A stretch of DNA of 64,000 nucleotides from Pseudomonadota bacterium (GTDB taxonomy: Bacteria; Bdellovibrionota; Bdellovibrionia; Bdellovibrionales; Bdellovibrionaceae), in assembly GCA_041178425.1 (NCBI GenBank), contig JBEGVH010000009.1, positions 128,001-192,000 of the forward strand, read 5' to 3'. Below are positions 48,712-58,035 of this stretch, piece after piece (position 1 is the first letter of the stretch; the number at the start of each line of letters is the position of its first letter). A program made the translations under genes and the position numbers. Below the pieces are notes generated by a model that worked only from the letters and a program-made list of their open reading frames with translations, had not been told where the DNA came from and did not search any database.

Positions 48712-49479
48712 CTAGTTCCAATATTTGGGACCTTTATGATTATCTGATGAATCAGGATTATCGTTATCTACAATAAGGCGCAAATTTCGTCCACGTTTTT
48801 TTGATGCCAAGCGTCTCTGATTCCAATCTTTTCCTTTAAGAAGCAGATATCCTGACAATAAGCCTGTCAAATGAGCAAGATAGGCCGTTTCTCCCCCTAC
48901 CGGACTACTGCCCATCAGCGACAAAAACTGAATCGCACCTAAAAGCAATACAAAATATTTTGCCGGCATTGGAAACACCATCATAAAGGCTACGATTCGA
49001 TCTCCGAATAACTTTCCATAAGCCAATAAAAGCCCGAAAATGGCTCCTGACGCTCCAACGACAGGTGTTAAAAGCCCCAAAGGCGTACCGTTGTATACCA
49101 GAGAGTAAAAACCCATACCCAAACAATAGAAAATCCCAGCTCCTATTCCAGAAAAAAGATAATAAACAAGAAAGTATTTACTACCCCAAACTTGCTCCAA
49201 CTCGGCCCCAAGCCACCAAAGCATCAGCATATTAAAGACGATGTGACTCCAGTCGGCAGAATGCAAAAACATATAGGTTAATGGTTGCCAAAAGTAATGA
49301 TCAACAATCAGTTTTCCGGGAATCAGAGCAAAAACCGAGCTAAAAGAAAAAAATTCTAAAAGGCGATCAAGTAGAAGCTGACCTCCGATCCAAACAATCA
49401 CATTAATGATGATCAGTTTTTTAACCGTCGGGGTCATAGGCATCACTACCGGCACCCCTGGGCCACCGCGATAATTCAT
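48712..49479 (-). CDS. Rhomboid family intramembrane serine protease
   Basis: WQPLTYMFLH, HIVFNML, VGASGA, AHLTG; ATGA overlap with HIT gene. Confidence 0.95.
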   Translation of the reverse strand: MNYRGGPGVPVVMPMTPTVKKLIIINVIVWIGGQLLLDRLLEFFSFSSVFALIPGKLIVDHYFWQPLTYMFLHSADWSHIVFNMLMLWWLGAELEQVWGSKYFLVYYLFSGIGAGIFYCLGMGFYSLVYNGTPLGLLTPVVGASGAIFGLLLAYGKLFGDRIVAFMMVFPMPAKYFVLLLGAIQFLSLMGSSPVGGETAYLAHLTGLLSGYLLLKGKDWNQRRLASKKRGRNLRLIVDNDNPDSSDNHKGPKYWN

Positions 49480-50027
49480 AAAACCTCCCGCCATGCTTCT
49501 TTTAATCGATGGTACGAGGACTCTAAACTTTCAACAACCACTTTCGTTTCCGCAATTAAAGGAAAAAAGTTTACATCGCCAAACCAACGCGGAATGACAT
49601 GCCAATGAAGATGATTTGGAATCCCCGCTCCCGCCACAGCTCCGTGATTCATTCCCACGTTCATCCCCTCACAGCCATAAACATGGGCGATCACCTTCAT
49701 GGCCTTACGGAGCATGGCCATCAAATCCTCGTATTCGGCTTCGGTAAGCGCTGTTATATCCCCACAATGTCGCCGAGGAATTATTAAAAGATGGCCATTG
49801 TTGTAAGGAAACTTATTCATGACAACCATACTGTATTTAGTTTTAACCAGAGTGAGCGTTTCGAGAGATTCCCTTTTTTTAGCGCAACCACAAAATACGC
49901 ACCCTTTTGGCTTTACCAGTTTACGAACATATCTGTAACGATCAGGACGAATCATTAGATCACGCTCTTGTGGCCAAATATCTCCAATTCCCAAAGACTT
50001 TTTTGATTTTTGTTTCTTGATCGCCAT
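49476..50027 (-). CDS. HIT family nucleotide hydrolase (Ap4A phosphorylase-like)
   Basis: CVFC, NKFPYNNGHLLIIP, AGAGIPNHLHWHVIPRW. Confidence 0.93.
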   Translation of the reverse strand: MAIKKQKSKKSLGIGDIWPQERDLMIRPDRYRYVRKLVKPKGCVFCGCAKKRESLETLTLVKTKYSMVVMNKFPYNNGHLLIIPRRHCGDITALTEAEYEDLMAMLRKAMKVIAHVYGCEGMNVGMNHGAVAGAGIPNHLHWHVIPRWFGDVNFFPLIAETKVVVESLESSYHRLKEAWREVL

Positions 50028-50986
50028 TAATCCATAACCTCATCTAACCAAACACCTGGCATAATAGCCATTGGCTGATTAAAACCCTTGAGCTTTAAAA
50101 ATTGGATGAGCTTTTTCTGTGGAGTAATCGACCACTCGCTACTCTCTTCATCCTCTCCTTCGAGAATTCGTTCGAGCAGGGACGGTTGTTTTTTTGGTGG
50201 TTCAAAGAGCTCATAATCTTTTTTTACCTTGGCCAAATCGGCCAAAAGGGCTGCGGCATCATCAATCGATCCAACTTGATCAGCAAATCCCAACTTAACC
50301 GCTTGCTCACCATTAAAGACGCGACCGTCAGCGTAGGCATCTAATACCTGTTCATCGAGTTTTCGCGCTTCTTTCACAGCTCCTCTGAACTGCTGATACG
50401 TTTCGGAAATCAAGTTTTGAAAATAGGCCTTTTCTTCTTCTTTCATCGGTCGGTATTCAGAACCTGCATCTTTAAGCTTGCCAGAGGTAATTGCAAATCG
50501 ATCAATTTTTGCCCAACCGTAGAGTTTTTCGAGGTTGGCGAATTCCATGATAACTCCAATCGAACCGATGAGCGTACCATTGGAAACTACAATTTTATCA
50601 GCCGCCATCGAAATATAGTATCCACCGCTCGCATTCAGACTGGGGGAATAAACCACAATCGGTTTTTTTGTTTTTTCTTTAAACTGTTTTAGAGCACGAT
50701 AAATCTCCTCCGCCGGTCCAACGGCACCACCCGGTGAATTTATTCGAAGTAGAATTCCTTTAACGGAATCTTGATCGCGATATTTTTTTAGTTTTTTCAG
50801 AAATTTCTCGCTATCAAGAATAACTCCTTTGATATCAAGAACGAGCAAATTGGATTTTGAACCAATGGTAGGACCATCTCCCTCTTCGTATCCAGCGATA
50901 AACGAAAGTCCGATCACGAGCGCTACGACCGCAGCAAAAAGAAAACCCATAAACAAAAAAACAAACCAAGGATTGCGTCTCATCAT
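50027..50986 (-). CDS. sppA: Signal peptide peptidase SppA (36K type)
   Basis: LRINSPGG, ASGGYYI, GSIGVI, DGRVFNGEQA..GFAD. Confidence 0.95.
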   Translation of the reverse strand: MMRRNPWFVFLFMGFLFAAVVALVIGLSFIAGYEEGDGPTIGSKSNLLVLDIKGVILDSEKFLKKLKKYRDQDSVKGILLRINSPGGAVGPAEEIYRALKQFKEKTKKPIVVYSPSLNASGGYYISMAADKIVVSNGTLIGSIGVIMEFANLEKLYGWAKIDRFAITSGKLKDAGSEYRPMKEEEKAYFQNLISETYQQFRGAVKEARKLDEQVLDAYADGRVFNGEQAVKLGFADQVGSIDDAAALLADLAKVKKDYELFEPPKKQPSLLERILEGEDEESSEWSITPQKKLIQFLKLKGFNQPMAIMPGVWLDEVMD

Positions 50987-51152
50987 ATTGCCTCCGCTCC
51001 GGAAAATTTCACCTCAACTCATGGGCTTACGTCAAACCTTACCCTTCGGCAAAACTGACGCTAAGCATGGTCTTCCGGGAGAAAATTTGCAATGGCATCT
51101 CTCTTCCATTAAGGATGTTCGATCTGTTGAGAAGACAAGAGAGGAGCTATCG

Positions 51153-52250
51153 ATGAGCGCAATGGACACCCATGAGGCTGCAAACACGGTTGTTATCAGA
51201 AAAACTTTGAGTGGGACTCGCAAGCTTCATCCCCCGTCAGAGGCTCTTGGCTTCGGGAAGTATTTCACGGATCACATGCTCACGATCTCCTACAAAAACA
51301 ACTCTTGGCAAACACCAGAGATTACACCGTATCAAAACTTCTCCCTTGACCCTGCTTCGTCGGTTCTTCACTACGGTCAGGCCCTCTTTGAGGGAATGAA
51401 AGCCTTTCGCCAAGAGTCAGGGAAAGTTACGCTTTTTCGACCAGATTATAACTGCCGCCGAATGAATCTGGGTGCGCACCGACTGTGTATGCCAACCATC
51501 CCAAAATCACTTTTTGAAAACGGTATCAAAGAGCTTATTCGGGTCGATTCAGAATGGGTTCCCAACGAGCCGCATTGCTCTCTTTACGTTCGCCCAACAA
51601 TGATCGGTACCGAGGGCTTTTTAGGTGTTCGACCCTCCGACGAATATATCTTTTTTGCGATTCTTTCGCCCGTCGGGTCCTACTACGGACAGGGAATGCA
51701 AGCCGGTGTGAAGATTTGGATCGAAGAAGACTTTGTCAGAGCGGCTCCAGGAGGACTCGGGGCCACCAAAGCCGCAGCCAATTACGCTAATAGCCTCTAT
51801 GCAGCCCACGAAGCAAAAAAGAGAGGTTTTGCCCAGGTCCTTTGGCTAGATGTCAGCCATCAATTCATTGAAGAAGTGGGAACAATGAATGTTTTTTTTA
51901 AATTAGAAGACAAAATTATCACCCCACCCTTGGGAGGAACAATCTTGGCAGGTGGGGTTCGGGATAGCGCCATTCAATTGCTGCAAGACTGGAATATCCC
52001 CGTTGAGGAAAGGCCGGTCACCCTTAAGGAAATTCAAGACGCTGCTCGATTAGGAACACTTAAGGAGATTTTTGGAACCGGCACGGCGGCAGTGATAACT
52101 GCCGTCGAAGAATTACACATGAAAAATGGAGAAAACATCATACTCCCACAAAAAGGTATGGGTCCAGTCTCGCAACGACTATTTGATACCCTCAATGGAA
52201 TTCAGAGAGGTATAATTTCTGATAAGTATGGGTGGCTCGTTCATATCTAG
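51153..52250 (+). CDS. ilvE: Branched-chain amino acid aminotransferase
   Basis: FGKYFTDHM, LHYGQALFEGMKA, YVRP, KAAANYA, EEVGTMN, GTAAVI; RBS GAGGAG before ATG 51153. Confidence 0.95.
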   Translation: MSAMDTHEAANTVVIRKTLSGTRKLHPPSEALGFGKYFTDHMLTISYKNNSWQTPEITPYQNFSLDPASSVLHYGQALFEGMKAFRQESGKVTLFRPDYNCRRMNLGAHRLCMPTIPKSLFENGIKELIRVDSEWVPNEPHCSLYVRPTMIGTEGFLGVRPSDEYIFFAILSPVGSYYGQGMQAGVKIWIEEDFVRAAPGGLGATKAAANYANSLYAAHEAKKRGFAQVLWLDVSHQFIEEVGTMNVFFKLEDKIITPPLGGTILAGGVRDSAIQLLQDWNIPVEERPVTLKEIQDAARLGTLKEIFGTGTAAVITAVEELHMKNGENIILPQKGMGPVSQRLFDTLNGIQRGIISDKYGWLVHI

Positions 52251-52328
52251 TGGCGAACGTTTTTCTACTAAAGAAAATAACTTTATAGATTTTTCGCCAA
52301 CGACATCGCCGGAGCCAGAGGGAGAACG

Positions 52329-53408
52329 GTGAAAAAAATAGTGGTTGGCACCCTAGGAAGTCTAACCTTTCTAGGATTCTTTTTTCTTAGTTTTGTATGG
52401 TTAACGACGGAACGCTTTGCAGACATCGAGCCCGTTGAAATTAAGTGCACCAAAGAGGCCCCTGCCTTAAACCCTAACAAACCTCTTAAGGTCCTGAGCT
52501 GGAATATTCAGTTTCTCGCGGGCAAAAACTACATCTTTTTTTACGACGCCGCCGATGGCTCTGGCAAAGACGAAGCCCCCTCTCGCGAAGATATCAAAAT
52601 TACTCTCAACGAAGTCACACGAATAATTAAAGATGAGAGCCCCGACGTTGTTCTGCTGCAAGAGGTAGATGTCGATGCCAAGAGAACGGCTCACCAAGAT
52701 CAAGTCGAACTGCTCCTCAAAACCTTAGCTCCCCTCTATCCTTGCTCTGCAGACACCTACTATTGGCGCGCCGGCTTTGCGCCCCACCCTAAAATTATGG
52801 GCAGTATAGGCATGAAGCTGGCAACTTTTTCAAAATATAGAATCACCAGTGCATCAAGACATGCACTCGGTGAGTTTCCTGCTAATTTTGTTGTTCGGCA
52901 ATTTCGACCAAAGAGAGCCATTCTCGATAGCTCCTTGCAAACAACCACTGGCGCAAGCATTCGGATTCTGAACACCCATCTCGAGGCCTACTCCCAAGGG
53001 TCTGATCTTATGCAATACCAAGTCAGAAAAACAGCCGAATTACTGAGTTCTATCGAAAACGCCAGCACGCCGTGGATTCTCGGAGGAGATTTTAATCTTC
53101 TTATGCCAGGCCGCAGTTATTCAGATCTCAGCAATAGTCAACGCTCTTACTATCAGATTGAAAGTGAATTCAAAGTGCTTGCCGACAGATTTTCGACAAT
53201 TCCAAGTAAAAGCGATATTAACGGTGAGCAATTCCAAATGTGGTACACGCATTTTCCAAATGATCCCGAAGTGAAGGGGCCCGATCGAACCATTGACTAT
53301 ATCCTCTACGGTAAAAAGATGATGCCGACTTATTACCAAGTTCGTTCTCGTGACACTCAAAAGATTTCTGATCACTTGCCTTTAATCGCAACCTTTGAGA
53401 TTCATTAA
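52329..53408 (+). CDS. Endonuclease/exonuclease/phosphatase family protein, membrane-anchored
   Basis: SWNI, LQEVD, NTHLEA, GGDFN, IDYI, SDHLP; N-terminal TM. Confidence 0.92.
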   Translation: MKKIVVGTLGSLTFLGFFFLSFVWLTTERFADIEPVEIKCTKEAPALNPNKPLKVLSWNIQFLAGKNYIFFYDAADGSGKDEAPSREDIKITLNEVTRIIKDESPDVVLLQEVDVDAKRTAHQDQVELLLKTLAPLYPCSADTYYWRAGFAPHPKIMGSIGMKLATFSKYRITSASRHALGEFPANFVVRQFRPKRAILDSSLQTTTGASIRILNTHLEAYSQGSDLMQYQVRKTAELLSSIENASTPWILGGDFNLLMPGRSYSDLSNSQRSYYQIESEFKVLADRFSTIPSKSDINGEQFQMWYTHFPNDPEVKGPDRTIDYILYGKKMMPTYYQVRSRDTQKISDHLPLIATFEIH

Positions 53409-53438
53409 TCTCTAATAAACTATCGAAGGATGCGAACT

Positions 53439-53768
53439 ATGCCACACCTGCGTTTTAGGGCTGTAAATTCAGAGGTTGTTCAAACATTGAGTTCGACTCT
53501 GCCACAAGAGCTTTCTCAAACGATGAATACAGATGCCGATAATTTTACTTTTGAATCTGTCGCAACAGATTTTTTTTCCAACGGCCAGGCCACATCGAGC
53601 TACCCATTCGTTGAAGTGCTATGGTTTGAACGCACTCAAGAGGTTCAAAATTTGTCGGCCACAGTTATTACCGATCATGTAAAAAAATTGACCGCAGCCC
53701 AAGACGTCGTCGTTGTTTTTATCGCTCTAAATAAAAAAGCTTATTATGAGAACGGAAAGCACTTTTAA
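53439..53768 (+). CDS. DUF1904 family (tautomerase-like) protein
   Basis: N-terminal MPHLRFRA, YPFVEVLWFER, C-terminal YYENGKHF. Confidence 0.85.
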   Translation: MPHLRFRAVNSEVVQTLSSTLPQELSQTMNTDADNFTFESVATDFFSNGQATSSYPFVEVLWFERTQEVQNLSATVITDHVKKLTAAQDVVVVFIALNKKAYYENGKHF

Positions 53769-53917
53769 TTGATTCAAGCTTCTTGCTCAAAAGCCATCGT
53801 CTGACCTGGGAGATCCAGCCGAAACAGACGTCTTAAAATAATACGATTCGTTGGCTCTAAAAAAAATTAGTCTCAGTCCAACCTCCATCGAAAAAAATCG
53901 ATATATAATGAGCTTGA

Positions 53918-54952
53918 ATGAAGGCGTTTTTCTTTTACCTCAATTATTGGCGTGGTTACTTTTTTGCTTGTTTGACTTTCTTGGGTGGACTTGTTGGGGG
54001 CTATTGGAGCTTTCTTGGCCTGGGCATCATCTTTGTTCTCCACCCTTTGATGGATAATCTGATTCAACGAAACATCAATATACCTCCCTTCCGTCTCAGA
54101 TCCAAATGGTCGGTGGCGCCTCTGGTCTTCGCCCTACCTTTTCTTTGCCTGTTTAGCTTTGGAGGACTTCTGCTGGCTATGCAAGCCAATCAATTAGAAA
54201 TGATCGGTCTAATACTCTCTTTTGGAACGATCCTGGGAGTTTTAGGAATTAATACGGCTCATGAGTTGGTTCACAGACGCGAAGGATGGTTACGCCATCT
54301 AGGCATGGGCATTTTAACCATAGTGAATTTCACCCACTGGGAAACCGAACATGTGTATGGGCACCATAAAAACGTTGCAACGCCCGACGATTCAGCCACT
54401 GCGAGAAAAAATGAGTGGATTTACATTTATTATTTTCGCTCCTATTTTGGTGGACTCATGAGCTCTATCAGGATTGAAAATCAGAGACTCAAAAATAAAA
54501 AATCTTTTAATCCGTGGCAGAATCGAATTTATTGGTTTGGTCTTCTGCAGTTGCTGATCACAATTTTTGTTTACGTTATTTCTGGCTCCGCGGGCCTTTT
54601 ATTCTGGATAGGACAAAGCATAATGGCTATTTTGCTTCTTCAAACGGTCGACTATATAGAACACTATGGCTTATTGAGACAGAAAAATGAGATGGGAGTT
54701 TACGAACCCGTTAAAACAAACCACTCTTGGGATAGCTACAAAGCTTGGACCAATTACACACTCTTCAATTTAGGCTTCCATTCCCACCACCATCATAAGG
54801 CCTCACTGCCATACACGGAATTGCAAGCACAACCCACGGCCATGCATTTACCTCTTGGTTACTCTGCTATGGCACTTTTGGCATTGGTACCACCCTTGTT
54901 TTTTATGGTGATGAACCCTAAATTAAAGAAAGTAGATGGCACCCAAAACTAA
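53918..54952 (+). CDS. alkB: Alkane 1-monooxygenase (AlkB-type membrane di-iron hydroxylase)
   Basis: NTAHELVH, EHVYGHHKNVATPDD.ATAR, DYIEHYGL, HSW, HSHHH, LPLGY..M..LALVPP. Confidence 0.88.
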   Translation: MKAFFFYLNYWRGYFFACLTFLGGLVGGYWSFLGLGIIFVLHPLMDNLIQRNINIPPFRLRSKWSVAPLVFALPFLCLFSFGGLLLAMQANQLEMIGLILSFGTILGVLGINTAHELVHRREGWLRHLGMGILTIVNFTHWETEHVYGHHKNVATPDDSATARKNEWIYIYYFRSYFGGLMSSIRIENQRLKNKKSFNPWQNRIYWFGLLQLLITIFVYVISGSAGLLFWIGQSIMAILLLQTVDYIEHYGLLRQKNEMGVYEPVKTNHSWDSYKAWTNYTLFNLGFHSHHHHKASLPYTELQAQPTAMHLPLGYSAMALLALVPPLFFMVMNPKLKKVDGTQN

Positions 54953-55816
54953 CTGAAATGTTTGTTTTGAAAAATCCATACCCGAACTTTTACTTGGAAA
55001 ATTAACAACGTCTACTTTAAAGGTGGTAAATTTTCGCCCCAACCGCATATTGTATCCCGCTGAACCAATGGGGGTCACTTCAGTTTTAGACTTTTCAGTA
55101 CTTATTGTTGAAGAAAAGCTTGAAGGCAAATAAAGACCTAATCCTCCGCCAACCCAGAGGCCTTCTGTGCGCCCCTCCAAGAGGTAACGGGCTAAAGCTT
55201 CAACAGCAATATAACTGGCCGTCTCTTTGTAGTTGAAGGCCTCAGAATCCAGAGTGGCGGTTCCTGACACGCTAAACGGATGAATGCCCACAGAGCCCAG
55301 CAACACCCAAGGAGGTTTAATAGGGTAATCCACAACAAACCTGTAGCCAATAGCGTTCCCCGCAAAGGATCCTGCCCCAACCGATGCTAAATTTAAGTAT
55401 CGAGAGGTCATGATAAAGTCGGCGCCGAATCCGTAAAACATCTGCCGTGAACCCTGAGCCTCAACTCTTGGATTCGGGCGAACCATGGCAGAACTTTCGT
55501 TTTTTGAACGACGATCGGGTGGAGTTCGTTGTTGAGCAAGCTCCGTCGAGTCTCCGGCCTTCCCTCGACCCTTTAGCAATTTGCCAAGAGCTCTATTGCC
55601 CTTGATCTTTAAAACTTGAAATAAACCGATTTCTTTATTGGAACTGTTATCAAGAATAAAGTACTTGTCTCCCGGCGACGGCGCCGACTCTCCATCAAAA
55701 TTAAAGATAACCTTTGCTCCTGTTATTTTCTCCACTGACCCAGCAATGGCCGAAGAACAAACAAAACTCACAGACAACGAATAGACAGAAATGATGAACT
55801 TAATATTTTTTTTCAC
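54923..55816 (-). CDS. Secreted protein with C-terminal outer-membrane beta-barrel
   Basis: Signal peptide, small N-terminal beta domain, amphipathic strands (GLWVGGGLGLY), aromatic C-terminus. Confidence 0.65.
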   Translation of the reverse strand: MKKNIKFIISVYSLSVSFVCSSAIAGSVEKITGAKVIFNFDGESAPSPGDKYFILDNSSNKEIGLFQVLKIKGNRALGKLLKGRGKAGDSTELAQQRTPPDRRSKNESSAMVRPNPRVEAQGSRQMFYGFGADFIMTSRYLNLASVGAGSFAGNAIGYRFVVDYPIKPPWVLLGSVGIHPFSVSGTATLDSEAFNYKETASYIAVEALARYLLEGRTEGLWVGGGLGLYLPSSFSSTISTEKSKTEVTPIGSAGYNMRLGRKFTTFKVDVVNFPSKSSGMDFSKQTFQLVLGAIYFL

Positions 55817-55883
55817 TTCTATATTGTCTCCATAGTTATGCCATTAGACAACCAGACCTTAGGTTAGGTTTTTGAAACTCGCT

Positions 55884-56555
55884 TTATTTCCAATCACGAT
55901 TAACAAACAAGCGAAGGCAACGAGCAGAGGGCGAGCCTGCACTTAAGACAAACTCATTCATTTTCCAAGGCTCTTTTTTAAAACGAGGGCTATGGTGATA
56001 TAAAAAATAATGCATAATATATTTGGCATCCGAAGCCTCGGACGTCGAACTTGCTAAAGAACTGCTACTTACCTTTCGAAAAATGGCGTTCCAGAGCTTT
56101 TCATCCTGTGGGCACAAGAAATCATTAATGCGAGACTCAGAGTAGGTATTTAAGGAAGAGGCAAACTGATCTTTTTGAAAAACGACGCTTTTTACATTTC
56201 CTCTTCGGCGCACCCGATTCTCGATCACCAACGAAATGGCATTCGCCAATTTATCATTTTCGTCAGGGCAATTGGCGGCTAGGGTTTCGGCATAAATGAG
56301 TCTTGCTTTGAGTTCATCATCCGAATCAGAGTTCAAGGCTTCTTGGATTTTTTTGTATTTCTCCTTTGAGTTTTTATTGACTTGAATAGAAATCTTCACT
56401 TCTGAAATTTGTTTTTGATCGAGGCATCGCGGAAGCTCAGTTAGTTTTATGTTTTGTTGCGAGGTAGCTGGATGTGAGGTGCCGACTTCCTCGGCTAAAA
56501 CGAGAGTACAAAACAATAAACCGCTGACAGCAACCACGACTCTTCGACTTAACAT
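55884..56555 (-). CDS. Cell wall hydrolase, SleB/Hydrolase_2 family
   Basis: Signal peptide; ARLIYAE (catalytic Glu), VIENRV, SVVFQKDQFAS. Confidence 0.72.
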   Translation of the reverse strand: MLSRRVVVAVSGLLFCTLVLAEEVGTSHPATSQQNIKLTELPRCLDQKQISEVKISIQVNKNSKEKYKKIQEALNSDSDDELKARLIYAETLAANCPDENDKLANAISLVIENRVRRRGNVKSVVFQKDQFASSLNTYSESRINDFLCPQDEKLWNAIFRKVSSSSLASSTSEASDAKYIMHYFLYHHSPRFKKEPWKMNEFVLSAGSPSARCLRLFVNRDWK

Positions 56556-56699
56556 ACCTACTCCAATGCCATTGAATACGCTTATCGGTACAGTTTGAAG
56601 ACTCGCTTCTCACCACGCAAGCAAAGACACACCGACCCTAGAAGGCCCTTGGCTATTTACCCGGTCATAAGGAGATTTTTTACCCCCCACCATCGAAAA

Positions 56700-56715
56700 T
56701 GGCACTTGGTTTGCT
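56700..56715 (+). promoter_or_regulatory. Sigma-54 (-24/-12) promoter
   Basis: TGGCAC-TTGGT-TTGCT exact consensus, 79 nt upstream of ATG 56795. Confidence 0.75.
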
Positions 56716-56794
56716 AATTTGTAAGTGCGTGGGCTAAAAGTGTTACCAGTTCAAATAAAACCCTTCTAGCCCCCCCACAAAGGGAAGTAGGAAT

Positions 56795-57868
56795 ATGAAA
56801 ACTAAACAAAAATTGATTTTTTGCCTAATTGTTATTGTTTTGCATAGTCGACTTTCTGACTTTTTTCCAAAAAATCCGTTCGAAAGGAAAGTGTCTCAAA
56901 TCGAGAACGTTTCTCGTTTTCCAGCCTCTGAAACCAATGAAAACGATCGCCTTTACGAATTCAAGTCTCGCCTCATTGATATAGAGACCAATAATAACAT
57001 GAATTTTTATCAATTTCAGAACGACATGAAGAATCTATTTAATGAATACCACGACGTTCTCACTGATCTTGCTCCGGAGTCGCTCATGCGACCTGCTGTC
57101 GATAACAATGGAACCCCTTTGATTGTTACCAAAGACCTCACCAATGCCGAGTATCTTATTGAAAATCGCTTTGCTTTTTTATCTTTTGCAAAGCGTTCAA
57201 AAGACGATGATAGAGAACTTGAGTTGAGAAAGTCTATCGCCATTCTTAATGAATTCAAAAAGCGTTTCCCCAATGAATTCGAAAAGGTTCAATACAGCCT
57301 TGTCTCGGGCTATGCCTACGGAGACTGCGGCAGTCGCGAACCAGGCGTTTGCCGCCCCAAATCTTTAATTGACCATCTAAAAAAACAGCTCAAAGCCGAG
57401 GGAACTCCTGTCATCAAGGAGGAGATGATCGACCTCATTCCAAATCTTGATCTTGACCCTGGTACAATAAAAGACATAAAGACCCCCTCCGCCAACGCAA
57501 AAGATGCATGTAAACGCTCTTATAAGAAAATTCTAGCTGCCGTAGAAGAGCAACTTCTCCAAAAGCCAACTGGCCAGCGCCTCGTCTTTAGCGGAGAGGG
57601 TGCGGTAAACAGAAACCTCTATCTTTCAGACATCAATAAAATTGATGTCTCAATGGAGTATCAGGGCGCCCGTGTTTCATCTCTGAGTATTCAATGCATA
57701 ACAAGCAAGGGGGAGATCACCTTAGACATTCTGAACCCCAAACATAAAGGTGAGTTTATCGATTGGATCAACAAACGACGCACCCAAGGCTCTTCTAAAG
57801 CAAAATCAAAAAGCGGAGCCCAAAGGCTGCCAAATCCTACCCCTCCTGATCACAGTGGTGCCCTCTGA
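56795..57868 (+). CDS. Hypothetical exported/membrane-anchored protein
   Basis: 357 aa, N-terminal hydrophobic segment, RFPAS motif, no recognised domain. Confidence 0.75.
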   Translation: MKTKQKLIFCLIVIVLHSRLSDFFPKNPFERKVSQIENVSRFPASETNENDRLYEFKSRLIDIETNNNMNFYQFQNDMKNLFNEYHDVLTDLAPESLMRPAVDNNGTPLIVTKDLTNAEYLIENRFAFLSFAKRSKDDDRELELRKSIAILNEFKKRFPNEFEKVQYSLVSGYAYGDCGSREPGVCRPKSLIDHLKKQLKAEGTPVIKEEMIDLIPNLDLDPGTIKDIKTPSANAKDACKRSYKKILAAVEEQLLQKPTGQRLVFSGEGAVNRNLYLSDINKIDVSMEYQGARVSSLSIQCITSKGEITLDILNPKHKGEFIDWINKRRTQGSSKAKSKSGAQRLPNPTPPDHSGAL

Positions 57869-58035
57869 CCCCTCAAAAAGCTGGGTCCAGCGGCCACGTC
57901 TGCTCACAAAGGGGGCGCAGCTCTACCCACATAGGAATTTGGTAGACCATCCCCTCTCGTTAATATTATATTTCAGTTGTTTATTCCTAGAATTATCACC
58001 GGTTTTTTAAAATGAACCGAAAGGAACTGAAAACA

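Noticed and set aside
50829..51152. 108-aa N-terminal extension of IlvE in the ORF track
   Set aside because: Overlaps divergent sppA; the RBS and family homology point to ATG 51153
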